Origin: Malacoraja senta | Taxonomy: Eukaryota | DNA length: 64,000 nucleotides | Assembly (NCBI GenBank): GCA_038087875.1 | Contig: JAXLNO010000065.1 | Location: 62,001-126,000, forward strand | Direction: 5' to 3' | In this document: positions 12,618 to 23,392 of the stretch, piece by piece | Layout: each line of letters starts with the position of its first letter | How positions within the stretch are numbered: position 1 is the stretch's first letter | Translations under genes and position numbers: made by a program | Notes under the pieces: generated by a model | Seen by the model: the letters and a program-made list of their open reading frames with translations, nothing else | What the model was told of the DNA's origin: nothing | The model's database searches: none

Positions 12618-13764
12618 AATAATAATAATAATAATACATTTATTTTGTATAGCGCTTTTCAAGGACTCAAAGTCGCTTTACATGGAGAGTCAAGAACAAA
12701 ACAAAATAGAGCAGTAAGACAGAGATGCAAAGGGGAGGGGGACATGGGACTAAGGGTATGCAGAGGTGAAGAGATGGGTCTTGAGGCGGGACTGGAGGAT
12801 GGTGAGGGACTCAGAATTTTGGATCAATTGTGGGAGGGAGTTCCAGAGCCTGGGAGCTGCCCTGGAGAAGGCTCTGTCTCCAAAAGTGCAGAGGTTGGAT
12901 TTCGGAATGGAGAGGAGACCGGCTGATGTGGATCTGAGGGACCATGAGGGTTGATAGGGGGAGAGGAGGTCAGTGAGATAAGGGGGGGCCAAGTGGTTGA
13001 GGGCTTTGTAGGTAAGGACCAGGATTTTGTAGATGATCCAGTGGGAAATGGGAAGCCAGTGAAGTTCTTTGAGAACTGGGGTGATGTGGTGCCAGGATTT
13101 GGTGTGGGTGATGAGTCGGGCAGCTGCATTTTGGACCAGTTGGAGTCGGTTGATGTTGCTGGAATTAATGCCAAAGAGAAGAGAGTTACAGTAGTCCAGT
13201 CGGGAGGAGATGAAGGCATGGATGAGTCTTTCAGCAGCGTGAGAGAGGGTCTGATTTTGGCAATGTTGCGGAGGTGAAAAAATGATGTTTTGACAACATG
13301 GCGGATGTGAGGCTCAACGGAGAGGGTTGAGTCAAAGATCACTCCAAGGTTGCGGGCCTGAGGAGATGGGGAGACAGTGGTGCCGTCAATAGTGAGAGTG
13401 GGGTTGTTAATTTTGGTAAGTGTTGATTTGGAGCCAATGAGGAGAAATTCTGTTTTGTTACTGTTTAATTTAAGGAAGTTGAGTTGCATCCAAGATTTGA
13501 TGGCTGACAGGCAGGAGTTGATATGGGAGAGAGTGGGGTGGTGGGGGGACTTGGTGCTGAGATAGATCTGGGTGTCATCAGCATAACAATGGAAGTCCAG
13601 GTTGAAGTGACGAAGTATATGACCAAGGGGGAGGATGTAGGGGAGGGGACCGAGAATGGAGCCTTGGGGAACGCCTTGAGTGACAGTGGCTGTGGCAGAG
13701 GTGTGGTTATGGAGAGAGATGAAGTGTGATCGGTTGGAAAGGTAGGAACGGAGCCAGCTGAGTG
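12618..13764 (-). mobile_element. L2-clade LINE, 5'-truncated, inserted in an old CR1
   Basis: RT motifs GVPQGSILGP and HCYADDTQIYLS (ORF 12824..13777); C-terminal GDRAFSRAAPRLWNSLP; L2-type 3' end GTAAAGCGACTTTGAG...AAGCGCTATA followed by (TAT)n; CAGTATT repeated at 12611-12617 and 13765-13771. Confidence 0.9.
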
Positions 13765-14312
13765 CAGTATTGGTCACTCTGTTTCAGGGAAGATGCCATT
13801 AATCTGGAAAGAGTACCGAGAAGATTTACGAAGATGTTGCCGGTGCTCTAGGAACTGGGTAACAGGGAGAGGTTGGGCAGCTGGGACTTTGTTCCTTGGA
13901 GTGTAGGAGCATGGGGGGTGACCACACAGACGTGTATAAAATCACGAGGGTCATAGACTGGATGAATGCACACAGTCATTTTTGCCAGGATTGGGGAATC
14001 AAGTACTAGGGGGCATAGGTTTAGGTGAGAAGGGAAAACTTTATAGGAACCTCAGGGGCAATTGTTTCACACAGTGGGTGTTACGGATATGAAATGAGCT
14101 GCCAGCGGCCGTGGTATATAATAGCAACATTAGTTTACTTTTGTTTAGAGACACAGCTTGGAAACAGGCTCTTTGGCCCACCGAGTCTGCGCCAACCAAC
14201 GAACACCCATACACTAGTTCTATCCTACACACTAGAAGCCAATTAACCTACAAAACTGCACGTCTTTGTGTGGGACTGAGGGAAGGAACCGGAGCACCCG
14301 GTGAAAACCCAC

Positions 14313-14892
14313 GCAAAAGTGGGATAACATAGAACTAGTATGAATGGGTGATCGATGGTCGGCATGGATTCGGTGGGTTGAAGGGCATATTTCCATGCTG
14401 TATCTCTAAACTAAACTAAGTACATTTGCAGATGACATTAAAATTAGTGGTGTCATAGACAGTGAAGAAGGTTATCAAGAATCACAGCGAGATCTTGATC
14501 GGCAGGGCAACAGGGCGGAAGAATGACAAATGGAATTTAATTTAAATAAAGCGTGAGGTGTTGCATTTTGGGTCGGAACTTCACAGTGAATGGTAGGGCC
14601 CTGGGGAGTGTTGTAGAGCACAGGAATATAGGAATAAATTTACCCTGAAAATGGCATAATAGGTAGATAGGGTGGTGAAAAGGGCCTTTGGTATGTTGGC
14701 CTTCATTAGTCAAGGCATTAAAGTAACACACAGAGTGCTGGGGTAACTCAGCGGGTCAGGTAGCATATCTGGAGAACATGGATAGGTGACATTTTAGGTT
14801 TAGGACATTTAAGCATATCTGGAGAACATGGATAGGTGACCCTTCTTCAGACTGATTGTAGGGGCAATGGGGAAACAACTAGAAGAGAGGAG
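14313..14892 (+). repeat. Second copy of 11638-12217, flanked by a 165-bp direct repeat (14150-14314 / 14894-15058)
   Basis: Direct sequence comparison. Confidence 0.95.
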
Positions 14893-17800
14893 TGACACAG
14901 CTTGGAAACAGGCTCTTTGGCCCACCGAGTCTGCGCCAACCAACGAACACCCATACACTAGTTCTATCCTACACACTAGAAGCCAATTAACCTACAAAAC
15001 TGCACGTCTTTGTGTGGGACTGAGGGAAGGAACCGGAGCACCCGGTGAAAACCCACGCGGTCACAAGGAGAATGTACAAACTCAGTACAAACAGCACCCG
15101 TAGTCAGGATCGAACCCGGGTCTCTGGCGCTGTAAGGCAGCAACGATACCGCTACGCCACCGTGCCACTGTGCCACCCTTTAAAAGCCATTTGGAAAGGT
15201 ATACGGAGAGAAAAGACTTGGGCAGATAGGGCTAGCTTAGGTGGGCTTGTTGGGCTGCCAGGTTGAATTGGGCTGAAGGGCCTGTCCCTGTGCTCTGTGA
15301 CTCTGTCTGTGGAGAGAGACGGAACGCTTCAAGGGATGACCTTTCTTCTTACCTTTCATCTGATGAGTGTTTATCGAGCAGAAACATTAACTCCATTTCA
15401 TTCTCCACAGATGCTCCCTCGGCTGCACCATGTCCCCTGCTCTTTCTGAATTCATATTAAATTATCAGGATGCCTTGCAGAACTGAGCTTTGTTTCCTTA
15501 ATTGACACCTTTTTGTCTGCTTTTTAACTTAGCCTTTTGTCCGCCCATTTGCAAATCAAACGGTGAAACCCCTCTCATGAAGAAAGGTTCCAACCCGAAA
15601 TGTCATCTATTCCTTTTCTCCAGAGATGCTACCTGACCCGCTGAGTTACTCCAGCATTTTGTGTCTGTCCACTTATCACTTTGGAAACTTTGTCTCACCC
15701 CCACCTCCTTTCTAGCTCTCCACCCACCCCCAATACAATCAGTCTGAAGAATGGTCCTGACCCGAAATGTTGCCCATCCCTGTCCTCCAGAGATGCTGCC
15801 TGACCTGCCGAGTTACTCCAGCACTTTGTGTTTTTTTTGTAAACCAGCATCTGCAGTTCTGTATGTCTGAGGTTATTTTTTCCCCTTGATTTTAGATGAA
15901 GGGGAGATCTAATCAAGGTTTCATTCTATTTAACAGGGTAGCTGGTGACTATCTCCTGCATTGGGAAAATTGACCATATATGAGCAATATTTGGATTAGA
16001 ATAGCAGTGTTCGATGATGACGGATAAAAGAATATGGAACTCCTGCCCCCTAAAAAAAACCCTAAAGCTAGAAATCAACAAAAAAGTTAGAATTCAATGA
16101 TACTCTATTGTCACACTGAGTGACAATCTGTGGAGAGTAGAGTAAAATGCTTTGTTTTGCAAACAACCTGGTAAAATCATGCAGCTGAGACTTCACCGAG
16201 GCAGTACACGAGTGCTGCCATATTTTGTGGCCTACAAAGATTCACCAAACATACTCATGGCAGCAGGCGGCCCCCGCCAGGTCCCCTTCACTTCTGGAAG
16301 CCACCCCCCCCCCCCCCCCCCCATGCCCTCCAATGGCCTTCCTTGCTCTCTGACGGCAGGAGATATTATTTGCAGACCCAAAACAGGCGGATAGAGAGAA
16401 AGTCAGATGTGGCTGAGGGTAGTACAGGCTTGAAGGGCTGAATGGCCCCCTCTTGCTGTTGCCTTCATCCCTTCTCTTAGCTGCACCAGGCTCGCACTGA
16501 GAATGGGATGCGACAGATATCAGGAGCGTCTCCTGAACAGTGAGACCAGAGCAGAAACCACACTCCGAGCCGTAACAAGCCTTTCAGAGAGAGGCTTACC
16601 AGAGATGACATAAATTAATATCCGCTACTTAAAGCAGGCTGTGATTAATGGCCTGGCTTCACAGAAGCTTAGTCCAACTGTCAGTTGCCAGGTACCAGTT
16701 GCACAAAGTAACAATAATCGACATTCATTCTCCTGTAGCTGCCAGCTCTGTGGAGCAGGAGGAATGGGCTGTGGCTTGACACATGCTTCAGTCTTCATCC
16801 TGTCCTTCCATACATCACCGGGCTCAGCAATGTTCCTGTTTTATGAACTGCATGTATTTTACTTTCAAGGTACATTAGATTACATGATGGATCTTCTCTT
16901 TCAATTTACATCTGTTTTTCTTTTTCTTGCGTTTGGAGGGAGTTTGCTGGGTTTGTGGTGTGCCACTACCTGGTTTGCACCCAGGGCTATATTTGTGTGT
17001 GTGTGTTATCTATATTAGCATTGCGCGTGAGTGGTATCTACATTAGCATTATGTGTGTGAATATGGTATCCATTTTAGCATTGTGTGCATGGTACCTACA
17101 TTAGCATTGTGTGTGTGTGCACGCGTCCATGTGTGCGGTATCTATATTAGTATTGTTTATGTGTGTGTGAGTGGTCACCCGTACACTCGCGCTATTCTAC
17201 ACCCTAGGGACAATTTACAAGTTACTGAAGCCAATTACCTTACAAACCTGTATGTCTTTGGAGTGTAGGCAGAACCGGTGCAATCCATGCGGTCACAGGG
17301 AGAACGTACAAACTCCGCAGGACAATCAATACAATCAGTTTTATTCGTCACTTGCACATAAAGTGCAAGTGAAATGAATTTGCACCTGTAGTCAGGATCA
17401 AACCCGGGTCTCTGACGCTGCAAGGCTGCAACTGCCCTCTAACCTACCAACCCTCTTGTCTTTGGGATGTGGGAGAAAACCGGAGCACCCGGAAGAAACC
17501 CTTGCATTTACAGCGTGAACGTGCAAACTCCAGACAGACAGTACTGAAGGTGCGCATCAAACCCTGGTTACTGGTGCTGTGAATCAGTGGCTCTAATAGC
17601 TGCACTATAGTGCCATGTACTGGGAGGTGTGGTCTTGCAGGGGAGTGGCTACATCATGTATCCTAGACCAGCGGACTGGTCCTCTTCCATGGGTCTATGG
17701 CTTAACTGCAATCATGTGCAGGAAAGAATTCCTTCTCTCCAGAGATGCTGAGCTACTCCAGCATTTTGTGTCTATCTTCGACTGCAATTATGTATTGTCT

Positions 17801-18389
17801 TTCCGCTGAGTGGTTAGCATGTGACGATAGCTTTTCACTGCACCTTGATGCACGTGACAAAAAAAATCAACTAAACGGTGGTCTGAAGAAAGGTCTCGAG
17901 CAATGGGTGACGTTTCGTGTCGAGACTCTTCTTCAGTCTGAAAAGAAGGGTCTTGACCCGAAACATCACCCATTCCTTCTCTCCAGAAATGCTGCCTGTC
18001 CTGTTGAGTTACTCCAGCATTTTGTGTCTATCTTTGGTGTAAAACAGCATCTGCCATTCCTTCCTATGCATTTCCTCTGAATTATTCCCCCGTGTAAATG
18101 AACACCTTTGAGCATTTGTGTCCTTGGGTTAGTTTGTTGCTAGATATTTATGGGGTGTGGGGGTGTGTGTGACACCAGGTCTTTATGTGTGTTGCTGTGT
18201 CAGGGTGCCTTTAGATAGATACAAAAAGCTGGAGTGACTCAGCGGGTCAGGCAGCATCTCTGGAGAAAAGGAACAGGTGGCGTTTCGGGTCGAGACCTTC
18301 AGACTGCGGGTCAGGTGAAAGGGAAATGAATGTTATAGATTGTGATATCGAGAGATATAGAACAAATGAATGAAAGATATGAATGAAAG

Positions 18390-19297
18390 ATACATGTGAC
18401 TAGGCACAGTGAGATTCTTTGCTTGCATACCCAATGTATACAAATAGCAGCCACCTCCGGTGCTGACAAAGTTACAAAGCATGCCACCCTCTTTTGTCCC
18501 ACCCCCACAGCGGTTCCCCCACGCCGGGTCCCCATTGTCCTTTGTTCTTCCCCCCCCCCTCCCCAAATTGCCCATTGCTCTCCCCCCCTCCCTGACGGTG
18601 GTCCCCCCACACCAGGTCCTCCATTGTTTTCCCCCTCATGGCTCCTCCACGCTCTCATCGACTGTCGACCCGCGAGGCATTGCCGCTGTCGCGAGGCTTC
18701 ACCACCGCCGAGGCCCCATCGTCGCGAGGTTTCACCGCCGAGACCTCACCACTGTCGATGCCCCACTTCACGCCTCCGTGGTGCCGACCCGGGCCCCAGC
18801 CGCAGGCTCTGTCGGCCGCTCCTCTGACCCGCGAGGCCGGGCTCCTCCGTCTGACCCGTGAGGCCCCAGCCGGGCCCCAACCCAGGCTTTACGTGGCAAT
18901 CTGGAAGGCAACAAGACTGCGGCACCTCGATAAAGGCCTCCGGCCACGTTCCCAGTCCACAGCCGCGGCCCGCTGTGAAGCCTTCAGGCCGTGCGGCCCA
19001 TCGGGAAGCACCAAGCGAAATATGGGGGGGGCACCCGATAGGGAGCCGCTGAGAACAAAAGTGGGGACCTGGCGGGGGACCACCAGTGGCCATGTGCGGC
19101 GACAGGCCTGGTTCGCCGCTGCGAGCAGAAGATAAGTCTGTTCAATGAACCTTTTATAACTTTGTCGGCACCAGAAACGTGGTGACTCTTGTGTACTGCC
19201 TAGGTGAGGCCTGCTGGACGATTTCACCGGGTTGTATGCAAAACAAAGCATTTCACTGTGCTTAGGTACATGTGATAATAAAGCAGAATTGAATTAA
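18390..19297. mobile_element. Inverted pair of CpG-rich non-autonomous retroposons with Rex/Babar-like tails
   Basis: 18392-18630 is the approximate reverse complement of 19050-19275; tail TTTCACTGTGCTTAGGTACATGTGATAATAAAG; other copies of this tail at ~16090, ~19660 and ~48220. Confidence 0.6.
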
Positions 19298-19752
19298 ATC
19301 ATTGAGGGTCTTCCTCTTCAACCCCAGGACCTGTAGGCCTGATTAGCACGTCCACACGCCATGAAATTTACGAGAGAGAGGAGAAATTTGTGAGCGGCAA
19401 ACTCTTGTAACATATACTGTATAATCTGCATCTAATAATTAGATGGTAGACACAAAATGCTGGAGTAATTCAGCGGGACAGGCAACATCACTGGAGAGAA
19501 GGAATGGGATAATTAGTTGACTGCTGTCACCCATTCTCCTGAAAATCTGCTTAGACTTGTCATCCACTGCAGAGAGGGAGGGGGGTGAGAAGTTGTATTT
19601 CTACAGCAACTTTCAAGATGGAATGGGATATCCCAAAAGCACCGGTTACTTTGAATGATAATACTTCACTGTCACATGTGCCTAGGTACAGTGAAATTCC
19701 TTGTTATTGCATACAGTGTGCAAAGAGTCGCCACGTAATTGGCACCGACTAA

Positions 19753-20191
19753 AGGGCCTGTCCCACTTACGTGTCCTTGGCATGCAAATTACGCGACCTC
19801 GTGGTCACGTTGAGGCGCACGGGCATCGTATGGCCGCGCGGGGCCGGTCCCACTTAGAAGCGCGGAGGGTTATGTAGTTGTGCGCGACATCGCGCGGGGC
19901 TCCGAAATTTTTGTAGTGAACGAAATCTTCGCGCGCCAACGGCCAGTCGCGGAACTGACGGCCAAAGTGGGACAGGCCCAAGACCCTGGCGCGACGCAAC
20001 GTCTCACCTTCAACAGCAGCAGAAGCAGGCAAACGATCGCCGAGCTCGGCCTGGGGCTCACGGCCGTTGCGGTCCGGATCCGCCCCCACTTCTACTCCCA
20101 GAGCGGGGCCAAGAAAATTGAAGATAGACACAAAATGCAGGAGTAACTCGCGTAATTTGCGTGCCATGGACACGTAAGTGGGACAGGCCCT
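19753..20191. mobile_element. PIF/Harbinger MITE
   Basis: 44-bp TIR AGGGCCTGTCCCACTTACGTGTCC... (2 mismatches); TAA TSD at 19750-19752 and 20192-20194; CpG-rich. Confidence 0.9.
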
Positions 20192-20894
20192 TAAGTTACA
20201 AAAGTACTCACTGAATAGTCATCTAAACATGGGAACTATTCCAGTACTGAATGGGAACATCCATCGGGCTGGAGTAGATGGGAACTCTTATGTGGAGGTG
20301 AGTGCTATCCGCTGAGGCATTGCTGCATTTCTCTCAGCGTGGACAAGTTGCCCTGCAGGCGAGTAAAGGGTTAAGCAGCACGAAGGACTGAGCACAGAAT
20401 CCTGGCTGTCAGATTGGGGCACATTAGCAGCTGAGCACACCATTTACCCAACTCTTCCATGACAGTTAGTGCACTCACATTTGCATATCAGAGCCCTGTG
20501 GTGACTGATGAAGATTAATGTTGTGCGGTTTCCTCCACAGTAGCGGCATCTCTCTCCACTGAAGGTTACAGCAACACTGCAGAGCATGGTGTGGTACGGA
20601 GTGGAGTGGTGTGGAGTGGCCAGGAGGGTAGGGGGAGAGGATGCAGGGGAGACTGTAATCAATCACAGTTCCGGAGCAATGATCTCTGTAGCCGGGCCGT
20701 GTTGCTGAGGTAATGGAAGCATCTCCCTGGGGTCCAAGCAGAGCACCGTTGCAAAGATTAGGCTGGCTAACACAGAAGCACATTTCCTTGTTAGAACAAT
20801 GCAACCTGTTCTGATGTCCCGGTGCGTTAGGATTAATCTGCATCTTAATCCCGCTTACACTCGTTGTTTCATCTCCCAACAGCAATCCCTCAAT

Positions 20895-21146
20895 GATAGA
20901 CACAAAATGCTGGAGTAACCTAGCGGGTCAGACAGCATCTCTGGAGAAAAGGAATAGGCCGAGAGAGGAAACTAGAGGTTTTACCCTTCTACCTTATCTC
21001 TAGTTTCCCTCTCCACTGACTCTCAGTCTGAAGATGGGTCCTGACCCAAAAGGTCACCTATTCTTTTTCTCCAGAGATGCTGCCTGGCCCGTTGAGTTAC
21101 TCCAGCATCTTTGGTGTAAACCAGCATCTGCAGTTCCTTCCAACAC
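20895..21146. mobile_element. Hammerhead-motif short retroposon, inverted (hairpin) form
   Basis: Flanked by AGC(A/T)ATCCCTCAAT at 20881-20894 and 21147-21160; degenerate core CTGAAGATGGGTCCTGACCCAAAAGGTC at 21028. Confidence 0.75.
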
Positions 21147-22008
21147 AGCTATCCCTCAATCTTAGCATGAATATTTTCATCTGACCCCCAGTAACCTCAT
21201 TTGGGTGGAAAGAGTTTGGAGTCCTATAAGTGTTTCATGGTTTTATCAAACACTTCATGCTTGTTTATCTGCCCTTGTTCTAGACTCTCCCACAGGAGAA
21301 AAAAAAAAGCTTTGCTCTATCCACGATGTCAAATTCTCATTCGACAATCCTTAATATTCTTTGTTTAGGAAATACCATCCTAATGTGTGCAACCCATGCT
21401 CGCAGCTGGATCTTGCATCTTCTTCCACAAGCTGACCTGCCCAAATCTATGACGATTTGCAGAGAAGTTCAGCGTTGGTCCCCCAAAATTCTTGCTTTGG
21501 AATCAGAAGCAGCGTCTAAATGTGTGCACAGTAGTGCAGCTGGAGAGCTGCTGCCTCTCCAGCAAACCGGGTTCAATCCTCTAGTGCTGTCTGTGTGGAG
21601 TTTGCATGATCTGCCTATGATCACGTGGACTACTCCCTGGTCCTGCTGTCTCCTCCCACATTGCAAAGATGTTAATTTGGTTAATTTGCCGTTGTATGTT
21701 AGGTGTAGGTGAGTGGTAGAATTTGGGGGAGTGGACTGGAGTGTGAGAGAGAAAAAGTTGCAGGGGAAGTAAGTGGGGGAATGGGACGTATTGGGTTGTT
21801 TTGAGAGCTGGAATGGACTCGAGAGGCTGAATAGTCTCCTGTTCGGAACCAACAATGTAAAATATACGTTGAGTTTCTCCAGCATTTTTGTCTACCTTCG
21901 ATTTTCCAGCATCTGCAGTTCCTTCTTAAAAATTTCACTGTGCTTTGCACATGTGACAATTAATACAATGGTGCTTAATTGTCACGTGCAAAACACAGTG
22001 ACATTTTT

Positions 22009-22241
22009 AAGAAGGAACTGCAGATGGTGGAAAGTTGAAGGTAGACAAAAGTGATGGAGAAACTCAAGGGATGAGGCAGCATCTATGGAGCGAAGGAAAT
22101 AGGCAACGTTTCGGGTGGAATAGGCAACGTTTTGGGTTGAAACTATTGAGTCTGAAGAAGGGTTTTGACCCGAAATGTTGCCTATTTCCCTCGCTCCATA
22201 GATGCTGCTGCACCCGCTGAGTTTCTCCAGCATTTTTGTCT
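22009..22241. mobile_element. Hammerhead-motif short retroposon, inverted form
   Basis: 16-bp TSD ACAC(A/G)GTGACATTTTT at 21993-22008 and 22242-22257; core CTGAAGAAGGGTTTTGACCCGAAATGTT at 22152. Confidence 0.75.
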
Positions 22242-22544
22242 ACACGGTGACATTTTTTTTGAGTAGCCAGATTTGGCAGCATTCCCAAAGTCCGGTCCAT
22301 GTGCTAAGGCTTATGGAGTGGCGCCCGATCCAGGTGAACCCCTGGATTGTTCAGCATACAGACGTCCTTCTCCTCGCCCAACCATCTTTGTGCCCCAGGG
22401 GTGCCTCCCGCAGCTGACCTTGACGTAAGAGCCCGGTTCACACTCCCAGCGGCCTTGCTCCTCACGCCCACCGTCACCGCCTCCCTCCTCTTCGATACTC
22501 TGGTCTTTGGTGGACGGACATGTAAATATGAGAAATATAAATCT

Positions 22545-22770
22545 TTATTATTACAAAATTAATTTTATTCAATAATTTACAATAATCTTTTACAAAATAA
22601 ACGATAACAACACACCCAGCATAATACAAAAATGACCAAGTATTCTTATTACTAAATATCAAATCACAATGTTGCAATGTTGATCTAGGATACAGTCAAC
22701 CCTCCCCCGCGGTGCCCAGCGGTTCCGGAGGTTCCCCATGGTGTTCGTCATGGCGTGGTTTGATCTCCCA
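22545..22770 (-). mobile_element. L1/Tx1-type LINE extreme 3' end
   Basis: Minus strand encodes HAMTNTMGNLRNRWAPRGRVDCILDQHCNIVI-stop, resembling Tx1 ORF2 C-termini (RWAP..C), followed by a T-rich UTR with AATAAA. Confidence 0.55.
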
Positions 22771-23364
22771 AACTGGAGTGACAGTCATGCAGTACTGAGG
22801 GAGTTCAGGTCCTGTGTTTCAGAGGGGACATTAGGCCGAAGTACCGGTGGTAACACCGATTCTACAGAGAGGTAAAGGAGGAAGATCAAACACAAGTTGC
22901 ACCACGTTGCCGGTCGTGTAACCGCGCCCTGGGCTCCAAGGCTCCGACGTTCCCTGCACTTCTCACCAATTAGCTGTGCGCTCGGCACTCCGAGTCCTCT
23001 CTGGGGCACGTGACAGGGCTCCAAATCAATGGCAGGCTTTGAAGTTCTCTTGTCACTGCTCTCGGTGCGGGGAACGATGCAGCTTCAAAGTGGCCATCAT
23101 GTCTGAGTGCGAGAGATTGTGTGACTGGAATAAGATGATGCAGGCAGTGGGCCCAGAGGCAGGATGAAATCCTGAAGTGTGTATTCCAGCTCGTTAACAT
23201 TTCGATAGGAGCAGCTTTTCCTGCTGACTATGGTCAGAGACTGATGATCATAATAGGATCTTGTGTACGATGGAACTGCAGATGCTGGTTTAAATCGAAG
23301 ATAGACACATAATGCTGGAGTAACACAGCGGGACCAATAGCATCACTGGAGAGAAGGAATGGGT

Positions 23365-23392
23365 GACGTTTCGGGTCGAGACCCTTCTTCAG
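23365..23392 (-). ncRNA. Minimal type I hammerhead ribozyme motif (intact core)
   Basis: Reverse complement is CTGAAGA-A-GGGT-CTCG-ACCC-GAAA-C-GTC. Confidence 0.6.

Noticed and set aside
16990..17170. Repeated TACATTAGCATT motif with variable TG spacers, superficially CRISPR-like
   Set aside because: Degenerate TG microsatellite; spacers are low-complexity, the context is eukaryotic and there are no cas genes
18311..19251. Several overlapping 100-165 aa ORFs
   Set aside because: By-product of GC-rich repeat sequence; no protein motifs
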